Counted from the stretch's first letter, positions 7,734-16,811 are shown. The stretch: DNA of 64,000 bases from Chloroflexota bacterium (GCA_028876375.1 JAGWSB010000002.1:1754-65753), one strand, 5' to 3'. The notes: generated by a model from the sequence alone, not told the origin. Numbers and translations: made by a program.

Positions 7734-10374
7734 GGCCCCCGTCGAAGTGGTCCCTCACGATGCCCCGCGCGGCGTCGAGCGCTTCGCCGAGACGGCCGAT
7801 CTCGCGTCCGCCGCCGGTCGCGCTCTGCGGGCGGCCGCCGCCGCTGCCGCCGATGATCGGCGCGACCTGCTTCACGATGGCGTCGGCGCTCACCCCCGGC
7901 AAGAGGTCCTTCGTGACGCCCACCGCGAGCGCGGCGCGCTCGCCGCGCACACCACCGAGGACGACGACGCCCGACCCGAGCTGGTCGCGCACCTTGTCCG
8001 ACAGCGCGCGCAGGTGCTCCGCGTCCGCCTCGCCGACGTTCACGACGACGAGCCGCGTCCCGTCGAGCGTCTCCGCCTTGGCGACGAGGCCCGTGGCGGA
8101 CGTGTCCATGCCCGCGCGCCGCGTCGCCTCGAGCTCCTTCTCCAGGCGCTCGCGCTGCAGCGCGAGCTGCTCGACGGCGTCGGGCAGGCGCTCCGTCGGG
8201 ACGCGCAGGACGCGCGCCGCGCGCTCGGTCCGCTCGCGCAGCGCGCGCACGGTCGCGAGCGCCCCCTCGCCGGTCACGGCCTCGATCCGCCGTATCCCCG
8301 CGCCGACGGACCCCTCCTGCGTGATGAGGAGGAGCCCGATGTCGCCGGTGGCGTGGCAGTGCGTGCCGCCGCAGAGCTCGCGGCTCGTCGGGCCGGCCTC
8401 GACGACGCGCACCTCGCTGCCGTACTTCTCGTCGAAGAGGTGCTGCGCGCCGGACGCGAGCGCGTCCTGCAACGGCATGACGTGAGCGTGCACCTCGGCG
8501 TTGGCGAGGATGGCGGCGTTCACCTCGTCCTCGACGCGCCGCAGCTCCTCGGGCGTCGGCGCGCGCCCGAACGTGAAGTCGAAGCGCAGGTCCGGAGCGT
8601 GGACGAGCGAGCCCGCCTGGTGCACTTCCTCGCCGAGGACGCGGCGGAGCGCCGCGTGGAGGAGGTGCGTCCCCGTGTGGTTGCGCATCGTGCTGCGCCG
8701 CAGCTCCGCGTCGACCTCCCCGTGCGCGGGCGCGCCGACCTGGAGCACGCCGTCGACGACGGTGCCGATCATCACCGTGACCTCGGGCGCCGGCGACTGC
8801 GTGTCGGCGACGATCGCCCGGCCCTCGCTCGTCGTGATGTGGCCGCGATCGCCGACCTGGCCGCCGCCCTCGGCGTAGAACGGCGTCCGGTCGAGGACGA
8901 TCTCGACCTCGGTACCTTCGCGCGCCTCGGCGATGGCCTTCCCGGCGCTCGCGAGCGAGAGGATCTTCGCGTCCGTCGACAGCTCGCCGTACCCGGTGAA
9001 CGCGCTACGCACGCCCTCGCGGTCGCGAAGCTGCTCGTAGAACTGGCCGAAGCGCATCGCGTCCTGGCTGAACTTCGCGCTCGCGCGGCTCCGCGCGCGC
9101 TGCTGCTCGAGGAGCTCGCGGTAGCGGCCCTCGTCGACGTCGAGGCCGGCCGAGCCCGCGATCTCCCGCGTCATCTCGATCGGGAAGCCGAAGGTGTCGT
9201 AGAGACGGAAGGCCGTGTCGCCGTCGATGCCGCCGCGGCCCGCCGCGCGCGCGGCGGCCATCGCCGCGTTCAGCTGATCGAGGCCGCTCGACAGCGTCTG
9301 CTCGAACTTGCGCTCCTCGTTCTCGAGCGTCGCCGCGATCCGCTCGCGCTGGGCCGCGAGCTCGTGGTAGTGCGCCTGCATCAGCCGTACGGTGACGAGC
9401 CCGAGCTGCGAGATCGACCCCGGCTCCAGACCGAGCCGCCGCGCGTGCAGCGCGGCGCGCCGGATGAGCCGGCGGAGGACGTACCCGCGGTTCTCGTTGG
9501 ACGGCTCGATCCCGTCGCCGATGAGGAACGTCGCCGCGCGCGAGTGCTCCGCGACGATCCGGATCGAGAGATCGGCCTGGCCGTCGCCGTAGCGCACCCC
9601 GGCGAGCTGCTCGACCTTCTCGACGATGGGCGCGAAGAGATCGGTGCGGAACGTGTCGCCCGGGACGCCCTGCAGGACCTGCGCGATCCGCTCCAGGCCC
9701 GCGCCGGTGTCGATGTTCTTCTTCGCCAGCGGGACGAGCCTCCCGTCCGCTTGGCGGTCGTACTGCTGGAACACGTTGTTCCAGATCTCGACGTAGCGGC
9801 CGCAGTTCTCGCTGGGATCGCACTCGTGCGGACGGACCCCCGGCTGCGGACCCTTGTCGATGAAGATCTCGCTGTCCGGTCCGCACAGCCCGGTGGGCCC
9901 CGGCGTCCAGAAGTTCGACTCGTCGCCGAGGCGGAACACGCGGTGGGGCGGGAGCCTGATCTGCTTCGTCCAGATGTCGTACGCCTCGTCGTCGCTGGTG
10001 TGGACGGTCGCGACGAGCCGGTCGCCGTCGAAGCCGAACGGCCCGGTGAGCAGCTCCCAGCTCCACTGCAGCGATTCGGACTTCCAGTAATCGCCGATCG
10101 AGAAGTTCCCCAGCATCTCCCAGAAGGTCTGGTGGTATGCGTCGCGTCCGACCTCGTCGATGTCGCTGGTGCGCAGGACCTTCTGCACGGTGACGATCCG
10201 CTTCGCCGGCGGCTGCTTCCGCCCGGTGAAGTAAGGCACCAGCGGCTGCATGCCCGCGCTCGTGAAGAGGACGCTCGGATCGTCCTTCAGGACCAGCGGC
10301 GCGCTCGGGAGGCGGACGTGGCCCCGCTTCTCGAAGAAGGAGAAGAACGCGTCGCGGATACCGGTGCTGTCCAT
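7720..10374 (-). CDS. alaS: alanine--tRNA ligase
   Basis: MDSTGIRDAFFSFFEKRGH..., FTSAGM, the editing-domain HTGTHLLH and a C-terminal GGGGRP. ATG 10374 preferred; the track start at 10395 is possible. Confidence 0.97.
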   Translation of the reverse strand: MDSTGIRDAFFSFFEKRGHVRLPSAPLVLKDDPSVLFTSAGMQPLVPYFTGRKQPPAKRIVTVQKVLRTSDIDEVGRDAYHQTFWEMLGNFSIGDYWKSESLQWSWELLTGPFGFDGDRLVATVHTSDDEAYDIWTKQIRLPPHRVFRLGDESNFWTPGPTGLCGPDSEIFIDKGPQPGVRPHECDPSENCGRYVEIWNNVFQQYDRQADGRLVPLAKKNIDTGAGLERIAQVLQGVPGDTFRTDLFAPIVEKVEQLAGVRYGDGQADLSIRIVAEHSRAATFLIGDGIEPSNENRGYVLRRLIRRAALHARRLGLEPGSISQLGLVTVRLMQAHYHELAAQRERIAATLENEERKFEQTLSSGLDQLNAAMAAARAAGRGGIDGDTAFRLYDTFGFPIEMTREIAGSAGLDVDEGRYRELLEQQRARSRASAKFSQDAMRFGQFYEQLRDREGVRSAFTGYGELSTDAKILSLASAGKAIAEAREGTEVEIVLDRTPFYAEGGGQVGDRGHITTSEGRAIVADTQSPAPEVTVMIGTVVDGVLQVGAPAHGEVDAELRRSTMRNHTGTHLLHAALRRVLGEEVHQAGSLVHAPDLRFDFTFGRAPTPEELRRVEDEVNAAILANAEVHAHVMPLQDALASGAQHLFDEKYGSEVRVVEAGPTSRELCGGTHCHATGDIGLLLITQEGSVGAGIRRIEAVTGEGALATVRALRERTERAARVLRVPTERLPDAVEQLALQRERLEKELEATRRAGMDTSATGLVAKAETLDGTRLVVVNVGEADAEHLRALSDKVRDQLGSGVVVLGGVRGERAALAVGVTKDLLPGVSADAIVKQVAPIIGGSGGGRPQSATGGGREIGRLGEALDAARGIVRDHFDGGRGSS

Positions 10375-10417
10375 GCGACGTGAATGATGAGGCACGCGCG
10401 TGGGCTAGCGTTCCCTC

Positions 10418-10678
10418 GTGCCGCCCGCCGTCGTGCCCCTCGCCCTCGTCGCCATCGGCGTCCCCGCCGCGCTGCGCGCCCTCATCGGCCGTCCGCGCGC
10501 GCTCGGCGCGGCCTGGCTCGCCGCGTTCGCCGGCGCCGCGGTCGCGCAGACGCTCGGAGAGCTCACGTCCATGCGCCTCGCTGTCCTTGGCGACGCGCAG
10601 CTGGGCGCCGCGCTCGTCGCGACGCTCGTCACGTCGCTCCTGCTCGTGGTCCGGGAGTCGGCAGCGCGAGGACGGTGA
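10418..10678 (+). CDS. small hydrophobic protein (86 aa), hypothetical
   Basis: Very high GC3 across the ORF and two or three hydrophobic helices. GTG start with no clear SD. The 3' end overlaps the convergent membrane-protein gene by about 50 nt. Confidence 0.45.
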   Translation: MPPAVVPLALVAIGVPAALRALIGRPRALGAAWLAAFAGAAVAQTLGELTSMRLAVLGDAQLGAALVATLVTSLLLVVRESAARGR

Positions 10679-12029
10679 GCGCTCCGCTGTCGCGCGCGGT
10701 CTCCGGAGCCAGCTCGCCCGTCGGCATCCGCGCGACGGCCGCCGCCGTGACGAGCGGCAGCAAGAAGAAGTAGGAGAAGAGGCTCCGCCAGGCGAAGTAC
10801 AGAGGCAGCATCGCGAGCACCGCGCCGAGCTCGGGGCTCGTGCGTCGCGCCCGCCAAGCGACGACGACCGTGACGGCCGCGGCGATCGCCTCGAGCCCGA
10901 GGTACGTCTCGGCGGGGAGGACCGGCAGCGCGCCGTTGGTCGAGAGGATCACGAGGCCGGTCCCGCGCGGGAACATCGGCGCGGCGACCGGCGTCACGAT
11001 CCCGGCGAGCCACGCGCCCGCGTCCCACAGGACGAAGGGCACGTTGACCACCGCGAAGAGGCCGGCCGCGATCGCGGCGCGCCGTGTCGCTTCGCGCCAG
11101 CCCTGCGCTGCCGCGACCTGCAGCAGGTAGAAGACGGCGAACGGCCACGCCAGCTGCTTCACCGCGGCCGCGGCGCCGAGCGCCAGCGCGCTCCAGCGAC
11201 GCTCGCGCCACAGCCACGCCGCGACGAGCGGCAGCGCGTACAGCAGGTCGGCGCTCCCGCCGACGGTGAACGCCGTCACCGACGCCGCCGCGAGCACGCC
11301 GGTCAGGAGGAAGGCGCGCGACCCCGCCGGCGCCCGCGCGAGGACGAGCGCGACCGCGACGACGAGGCAGAGGACGTACAGGACGTTCGTGTCCCAGCCG
11401 AGCGCGACCCAGGGGACGATGAGGAGGAAGGAGAGGGCCGGATACGAGAGGCGCGAGACGAAGTCGGCGGGAGAGCACGCGCTCGCGTCACGCGCGCACG
11501 CCGCGGCATCCGCGGCCCACGCCTCGTCCAGCTCGCCCGCGGTCGGATAGATCGGCACGTCCGCGAACGCCCCCATCCGCAGCGGCGTCGTGCGGTCCGG
11601 CCCGATGCGGCGCGCGCCGTAGCAGCCGAAGAGGTCGAGCGGGCGGTATGGGTCGCGGCCGGCGAGGAGCGTCTGCGCCGCGCACTCATCGAGCGCGATC
11701 GCGTCGTTGTGGTACGGCGTCGCGTCGTTGAGCGGCGGATACGGGATACCGCGCAGCCACGCGAGGCCGAAGAGGGCCATCCCCGAAACGAGCACGAAGA
11801 TGAGGCGCATCGGCGCCACGAGCGTCGCGGTCGGCGGCGTCGTCGCGTCGCCGCGTCCCGTTCCCGCGAGCGCCATGAGGAGCAGCGCGAGGGCGGCTGC
11901 GACCGCGAGCGCCACGACGAGAGCCCCGCCGGGCGCCGGCTGCAGCTCGAGCGCGCCGTTCAGCGCGCCCGCTTCGTAGAGCGCCGCGCCGGCGGCCGCG
12001 ACGGCCGCGACCCGGAGGAGGAGGCGCAC
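10629..12029 (-). CDS. polytopic membrane protein, DUF2029/GT87-like (GT-C fold) putative glycosyltransferase
   Basis: 466 aa with more than 10 predicted TM helices. The first external loop has acidic/aromatic residues (NDATPYHNDAIALDE..LAGRDPYRP), as in GT-C mannosyltransferase-like proteins. GTG start at 12029. The family assignment is from memory of the motif pattern only. Confidence 0.8.
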   Translation of the reverse strand: MRLLLRVAAVAAAGAALYEAGALNGALELQPAPGGALVVALAVAAALALLLMALAGTGRGDATTPPTATLVAPMRLIFVLVSGMALFGLAWLRGIPYPPLNDATPYHNDAIALDECAAQTLLAGRDPYRPLDLFGCYGARRIGPDRTTPLRMGAFADVPIYPTAGELDEAWAADAAACARDASACSPADFVSRLSYPALSFLLIVPWVALGWDTNVLYVLCLVVAVALVLARAPAGSRAFLLTGVLAAASVTAFTVGGSADLLYALPLVAAWLWRERRWSALALGAAAAVKQLAWPFAVFYLLQVAAAQGWREATRRAAIAAGLFAVVNVPFVLWDAGAWLAGIVTPVAAPMFPRGTGLVILSTNGALPVLPAETYLGLEAIAAAVTVVVAWRARRTSPELGAVLAMLPLYFAWRSLFSYFFLLPLVTAAAVARMPTGELAPETARDSGALTVLALPTPGPRAGAT

Positions 12030-12035
12030 CTCTAG

Positions 12036-13231
12036 GTGAGATTCCCCCTGGTCTCTGGCACTCGCTCAGGCCGCCTTCCGGAGGTCGTCGAGCCACGGGA
12101 CCAGGTGCGCCAGAGCGGGAACATTGTCGAAGCCGCGGTCGGTGAACGGGGTGCCGTCGTAGCGCTCGGCGGGCGTGCACCAGTCGATCTCGCCATGGAG
12201 ACGGTGGTAGTTGTAGTAGCGGCTGAAGCGCTCGAGGGCCGCTTCGGCGTCGGCCAGCGAGCGGAAGACCTCGCGGTCGAGGACCTCGCTCTTGAGCGTG
12301 GCCCAGAACGACTCGATCTTCCCGTTCGTCCAGGGCGAGTTCACCTGGGTCCGGATGTGCCGGATCTCGAGGTCGCGCAGGTTCTTGCCGAACCGGGTGA
12401 GCACCCCGGGCATCCAGACCACGAACGGGGTGCCGTTGTCGCTCATCAGGTCCAGGGGCCGGCCGCAGAGCTCAAAGCACTCGGCGATCCACGCAAGGAT
12501 CGGCTCGGCGCCGGCCGCGGGCAGGATCCGCAGCCCGATGACGTAGCGGGAGTGGTCATCGACGAGGCCGACGAGGAAGGTCTTGAGGTACCGCTTGCGG
12601 TCGAGCTGGATCCAGAAGGGGCCCTTGATGTCGATATGCCAGAGCGAATTGGGGCTCGAGCGCTCGTAGCGGGGGCCGCGCCCGCGCGGCCCGGAGGGCC
12701 GGCTCGTACCGAGGTCGTCGAAGAGCTGCTCGATCCAGCGGTGGCCCACCAGCGCGATCTCGCGCCGGCGGAGCTCGGCCGAGATCCGCTTGGCGTTCCA
12801 GTACGTGTGCAGCCGCACCGCGATCACGACCTGCTCGAGCCAGGCGGGATGCTTGAGCTTCCGCGTGCGGGGGCCATGCGGCTCGGGGACAAGGGCGGCC
12901 AGACCGCCTCGCGCGAGCGCGGCCTTCCAGCGGAACAGGCTCCGACGGCTGCATGTGCCGAGGGCGAGCGCCGCCACGAGGCCCTGCGCCCCCATGACCC
13001 GGACCAGCCGGGCCCGGTCGCGGACCACGGCGAAGGCGTGTCGCGGCGCATCTTTCATGGGCGGCCGACCGCCACGAGTCGCCAGGAACCGGAACCCCGG
13101 ACCTTCTTGGTACGTGTGTCGAAGCCACCGCCGCTGCGGATCTCGGAGTTGCTGCAGATCGCCATAGAGCTCATCCATGACGCCGAGAATGTCACCTGGT
13201 CGCGAGTGCCAAAGACCAGGGGGAACTTCAG
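12036..13231 (-). mobile_element. IS481-family insertion sequence, apparently intact
   Basis: About 1.2 kb. 30-bp imperfect terminal inverted repeats match at 26/30 positions: 12036 GTGAGATTCCCCCTGGTCTCTGGCACTCGC versus the reverse complement of the 13231 end, CTGAAGTTCCCCCTGGTCTTTGGCACTCGC. The element is flanked by direct CTAG(G) at 12032-12036 and 13232-13236. It carries a single DDE transposase ORF. Confidence 0.9.
12066..13178 (-). CDS. IS481-family transposase (HTH + rve/DDE integrase core)
   Basis: 370 aa from MDELYGDLQQ.... Core motifs: LWHIDIKGP, LVGLVDDHSRY, SDNGTPF, WTNGKIESFW, YNYHRLHG. The upstream part of track ORF 12066..15233 is antisense shadow of amtB. Confidence 0.9.
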   Translation of the reverse strand: MDELYGDLQQLRDPQRRWLRHTYQEGPGFRFLATRGGRPPMKDAPRHAFAVVRDRARLVRVMGAQGLVAALALGTCSRRSLFRWKAALARGGLAALVPEPHGPRTRKLKHPAWLEQVVIAVRLHTYWNAKRISAELRRREIALVGHRWIEQLFDDLGTSRPSGPRGRGPRYERSSPNSLWHIDIKGPFWIQLDRKRYLKTFLVGLVDDHSRYVIGLRILPAAGAEPILAWIAECFELCGRPLDLMSDNGTPFVVWMPGVLTRFGKNLRDLEIRHIRTQVNSPWTNGKIESFWATLKSEVLDREVFRSLADAEAALERFSRYYNYHRLHGEIDWCTPAERYDGTPFTDRGFDNVPALAHLVPWLDDLRKAA

Positions 13232-13360
13232 CTAGGCCGCGGCGGGCTGCAGCTCCGCGGTCGCCGCGGTCGATGCCGTGCTCGGCGCCGCGAGCCACGC
13301 GACCACGAGCGCGAGGAACGACGCGATCGCCAGGATCGAGGTGCCGTCCAGCGCTGGCAT
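13232..13360 (-). CDS. 42-aa single-TM small protein, hypothetical
   Basis: ATG 13360 is preceded by AAGGAG at 8-nt spacing (AGAGACAAGGAGTAACGAAGATG), a strong Shine-Dalgarno match. Sequence: MPALDGTSILAIASFLALVVAWLAAPSTASTAATAELQPAAA. Its TAG stop lies inside the CTAG duplicated by the IS. Confidence 0.6.
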   Translation of the reverse strand: MPALDGTSILAIASFLALVVAWLAAPSTASTAATAELQPAAA

Positions 13361-13467
13361 CTTCGTTACTCCTTGTCTCTGCGCTCCGAGCTTGCGGCGA
13401 CCGTACGTCCGGGCCCGGGCGGGGGTCAGTAGCGCGGCGGCGATGCCAAAGGTCGCGGAACGGTGAC

Positions 13468-13502
13468 GGCCGGGGTGTCCGTTCGGTGCGGGCACCCCGG
13501 CC
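13468..13502 (-). terminator. GC-rich hairpin just after the amtB stop (terminator-like, no U-tract)
   Basis: A perfect 10-bp inverted repeat, GGCCGGGGTG-N15-CACCCCGGCC, begins 8 nt downstream of the amtB stop codon. Confidence 0.45.
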
Positions 13503-13510
13503 GTTCGCGT

Positions 13511-14734
13511 TCAGAGCTGGTAGGCGGCTTCGCCGTGCTGGCTGGCGTCGAGGCCGAGGACCTCCTCGTGCTCCGGCACGCGCAGCCCGACGAAGAGGCC
13601 GATGACCTTGAGGATCACGAAGGTCATGACCGCGGAGTACGTGATGGACGCGGCGACCGCGATGGCCTGGATGCCGAGCTGAGCCGGGTTGCCCGCCAGG
13701 AGGCCGTTCGTGGCGCCGGAGTTGACGGCGACCGTCGCGAAGACGCCGGTCGCGAGGGCGCCCCACGTCCCGCCCATGCCGTGGCAGCCGAAGACGTCGA
13801 GGGCATCGTCCACCTTGAGCCGGCGCGTCACCTGGATGGCGAAGTAGGGGATGATCCCGGCGCCGAGCCCGATGAGGATCGCGGCCGATACGTCGACGTA
13901 GCCCGAGGCGGGCGTGATCGCGACCAGACCGGCGACCGCGCCCGTCGCCGCGCCGAGCACGCTCGGCGCGCCCTTGTGGATCCACGAGACGGTCATCCAC
14001 GTCAGCCCGGCCATGGCCGCCGCGGTGTTCGTCACGACGAACGCGTTCGCGGCGAGGCCGCCGGCGGTGATGGCGCTGCCCGCGTTGAAGCCGAACCACC
14101 CGAACCAGAGGAGGGAGGCGCCGAGGACGGTCATCGTGGCGTCGTGCGGGTCCATCGGCTCCGAGCCGTAGCCGACACGGCGGCCGAGGACGAGGGCCGC
14201 GACGAGGGCGGACACGCCGCTGGTGATGTGCACGACCGTGCCGCCGGCGAAGTCGAGCGCGCCGAGCCGGCCGAGCCAGCCGCCGCCCCACACCCAGTGG
14301 GCGACGGGGTCGTAGACGAACGTCGCCCAGAGCAGGGTGAAGACGACGAAGGCCTTGAAGCGCTTGCGCTCGGCGAACGCGCCGGTGATGAGGGCCGGCG
14401 TGATCACCGCGAACATCATCTGGAAGACCATGTAGGCGAGGTGCGGGACGGTCGCTCCGTACGGTCCGGGCGCCTCGCCAACGCCCTTGAGCGCCGCCCA
14501 GTCGAGCCCGCCGATGAGCCCGCCGTGGTCGGGTCCGAACGCCAGCGAGTAGCCCCACAGCACCCACTGGACGCTGATCAGGCACAGGATGAAGAAGCTG
14601 TGCATGATCGTGGAGAGCACGTTCTTGCGGCGGACGAGCCCGCCGTAGAAGAAGCCCAGCGCCGGCGTCATCAGCATCACCAGCGCCGCTGACGCGAGGA
14701 GCCAGGCGGTGTCCCCCGCGCTGATCTTGTCCAT
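13511..14734 (-). CDS. amtB: ammonium transporter
   Basis: MDKISAGDTAWLLASAALVMLMTPALGFFYGG..., DFAGGTVVHITSG and about 11 TM helices. ATG 14734 has GGAGG 5 nt upstream. Confidence 0.95.
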   Translation of the reverse strand: MDKISAGDTAWLLASAALVMLMTPALGFFYGGLVRRKNVLSTIMHSFFILCLISVQWVLWGYSLAFGPDHGGLIGGLDWAALKGVGEAPGPYGATVPHLAYMVFQMMFAVITPALITGAFAERKRFKAFVVFTLLWATFVYDPVAHWVWGGGWLGRLGALDFAGGTVVHITSGVSALVAALVLGRRVGYGSEPMDPHDATMTVLGASLLWFGWFGFNAGSAITAGGLAANAFVVTNTAAAMAGLTWMTVSWIHKGAPSVLGAATGAVAGLVAITPASGYVDVSAAILIGLGAGIIPYFAIQVTRRLKVDDALDVFGCHGMGGTWGALATGVFATVAVNSGATNGLLAGNPAQLGIQAIAVAASITYSAVMTFVILKVIGLFVGLRVPEHEEVLGLDASQHGEAAYQL

Positions 14735-14824
14735 CACTACCTCCGTGTCGTGCTGAGAACTTAGTGATCGACAACGTCGCGGTCAGCAGCGCCTCGGTGT
14801 GGCGGCTGTCGCGGTCCGGTAGCG

Positions 14825-14869
14825 CGGAAAGCACCGTTCCGCAACCCTTCCGCGACCTTGGAAGCGTTG
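14825..14869. promoter_or_regulatory. adjacent inverted repeats in the amtB/glnII divergent region (candidate operator or 5'-UTR structure)
   Basis: CGGAA-N7-TTCCG at 14825-14841. CAACCCTTCC-N8-GGAAGCGTTG at 14842-14869, with 9/10 positions complementary. Function not established. Confidence 0.3.
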
Positions 14870-14940
14870 TCCCGTCGCGCCTCGGGCGGCAGCGTTGTCG
14901 CCGAGATGATCTTTCCGATGACCACTGGAGGGGATCGACC

Positions 14941-15990
14941 GTGAACGTGTATCGCGCCGAGTACATCTGGATCGACGGCACCGAGCCGACGAAGAAGCTC
15001 CGCTCGAAGACGAAGATCGTCCCGGCCGGAGAGGAGCCGCCGATCTGGGCCTTCGACGGCTCGAGCACGCAGCAGGCGACCGGGGACCGCTCCGACTGCG
15101 TCCTGCAGCCGGTGTTCGTGTGCCCGGACCCCATCCGCGGCGGCGACGACAAGCTCGTGCTGTGCGAGGTGATGCTCGTCAACGGCGACCCGCACGCGAC
15201 GAACACGCGCCGCGCCTGCGCCGAGACGGCCAAGCGCTACGCCGACTTCGACATGTGGTTCGGGATCGAGCAGGAGTACACGTTCTTCAAGGGCGCCCGG
15301 CCGCTCGGGTTCCCCGACAGCGGCTTCCCCGCGCCGCAGGGCGGTTACTACTGCGGCGTCGGCGCCGACGAGGTGTTCGGCCGCGACGTGGTCGAGGCGC
15401 ACCTCGACGCCTGCCTCCGTGCGGGCCTCAAGATCTCCGGCATCAACGCCGAGGTCATGCCCGGACAGTGGGAGTTCCAGGTCGGTCCGCTCAACCCGCC
15501 GGCCATCGGCGACCAGCTGTGGGTCGCGCGCTGGCTCCTGTACCGCGTCGGCGAGCCGTTCGGCGTGTCCGCGACGCTGTACCCGAAGCCGGTGCGCGGC
15601 GACTGGAACGGCGCCGGCGCGCACACCAACTTCTCGACGAAGCAGATGCGCTCCGACTACGACGCCTGCCTCGCGGCGATCGAGGCCCTCAAGGGCAAGC
15701 ACGACCTGCACATCCAGAACTACGGGTTCGGGATCGAGGAGCGCCTCACCGGTCTCCACGAGACGGCCTCGTTCCGCGAGTTCAGCTACGGCGTGTCGCA
15801 CCGCGGCGCGTCGGTCCGCATCCCGTGGCAGGTCGCGAAGGACCGCAAGGGCTACCTCGAGGACCGTCGCCCGAACGCCAACATGGACCCGTACGTCGTC
15901 ACCCGGCTGATCACCGACACCGTGTGCGGCGCGGCGAGCGCCACGAAGGGCAAGCCGCGCGAGATGGCGGCGGCGGCCGCCAGCGACTAA
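14941..15990 (+). CDS. glnII: glutamine synthetase, type II (GSII)
   Basis: About 349 aa from GTG 14941, with GGAGGGG 7 nt upstream. EYIWIDG, FDGSST, GINAEVMPGQWEFQVGP and NGAGAHTNFS are typical of eukaryote-like GSII. Confidence 0.92.
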   Translation: MNVYRAEYIWIDGTEPTKKLRSKTKIVPAGEEPPIWAFDGSSTQQATGDRSDCVLQPVFVCPDPIRGGDDKLVLCEVMLVNGDPHATNTRRACAETAKRYADFDMWFGIEQEYTFFKGARPLGFPDSGFPAPQGGYYCGVGADEVFGRDVVEAHLDACLRAGLKISGINAEVMPGQWEFQVGPLNPPAIGDQLWVARWLLYRVGEPFGVSATLYPKPVRGDWNGAGAHTNFSTKQMRSDYDACLAAIEALKGKHDLHIQNYGFGIEERLTGLHETASFREFSYGVSHRGASVRIPWQVAKDRKGYLEDRRPNANMDPYVVTRLITDTVCGAASATKGKPREMAAAAASD

Positions 15991-15993
15991 GAG

Positions 15994-16767
15994 CTAGACG
16001 AGAGCGCCGAGGCCGAGGGCCGCGGCCGGGATCCGCGCCAGCGACGGCGCGACCGGCCGCGGCCCGTTGTCTTTCCGGGGGTCGTAGCAGCAGACCTCGA
16101 TCCCGCGCACGGTCGCGGCGGCCGCGAGGGACGCGAGCACGTCGACGAGCGCTCGGAGCGAGGGGCCTCCCTCGACGGGGAAGTCGACCGCCGGCAGCTC
16201 CCGCGGGTCGACGACGTCGACGTCGACGTGGATCCACAGCTGCTTGCGGCGCGCGAAGGCGACGAGACCGGGGGCGTCGGGACGATCGGCGTCGAATGCG
16301 ATGCGCCGCACCTTCGACGCGGCGAGGACGCCGACCTCGCCGGGATCGAGGGCGCGGGCGCCGACGAGGGCGACGCGGTCGTCGGGGATCGAGCGCACGC
16401 CCGGCCACAGCAGCGGCGCGATCTTCCGACCGCAGACGTGCGCCAGACACATCCCCCCGACGAAGTGCGACGGCGTCGTCGCGAGGGTGTTGAAGTCGGC
16501 GTGCGCGTCGAAGTACACGAGCGCGAGGTCGGGCTCCACGGCGAGCGCCCCGGGGATCGACCCGGCGACGAGCGTGCACTCGCCGCCGACGATGGCGCAG
16601 CGCGCGCCCTCGCCGAGCGAGGAGGCGACGGCGTCCGAGAGCGTGCGGCAGGACTCGCGCGCGGCGGTGAGGTAGCGGTCGCGCGGCAGGAACGGGATGC
16701 GGACGCGCTTTCCGGGGCGCAGCGCGGCGGCCATCTCGGGCGCCAGCGCGGCAGGGGCCTCCGCCAT
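15994..16767 (-). CDS. arginase/agmatinase/formiminoglutamase-fold (ureohydrolase family) protein
   Basis: Metal-binding motifs FDAHADFN, HVDVDVVDP and GGECT. Start ambiguous: ATG 16767 is preferred because it leaves a 78-bp divergent intergenic region. The track start is 16836. Confidence 0.8.
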   Translation of the reverse strand: MAEAPAALAPEMAAALRPGKRVRIPFLPRDRYLTAARESCRTLSDAVASSLGEGARCAIVGGECTLVAGSIPGALAVEPDLALVYFDAHADFNTLATTPSHFVGGMCLAHVCGRKIAPLLWPGVRSIPDDRVALVGARALDPGEVGVLAASKVRRIAFDADRPDAPGLVAFARRKQLWIHVDVDVVDPRELPAVDFPVEGGPSLRALVDVLASLAAAATVRGIEVCCYDPRKDNGPRPVAPSLARIPAAALGLGALV

Positions 16768-16794
16768 GCCCAAGTACCTTTGTTCCGTGGTGAT

Positions 16795-16811
16795 ACCTGC
16801 TTCCAGCAGGT
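16795..16811. promoter_or_regulatory. 17-bp perfect palindrome between divergent genes
   Basis: ACCTGCT-TCC-AGCAGGT. Seen directly; role unknown. It would lie inside the arginase-fold ORF if the 16836 start is used. Confidence 0.2.

Noticed and set aside
7747-10383. 878-aa plus-strand ORF opposite alaS, with similar cases at 35299..37908, 48284..50266, 15987..18098 and 53519..54763
   Set aside because: All lie antisense to or out of frame with genes carrying strong family signatures. All have Arg/Pro/Ser-rich shadow composition.
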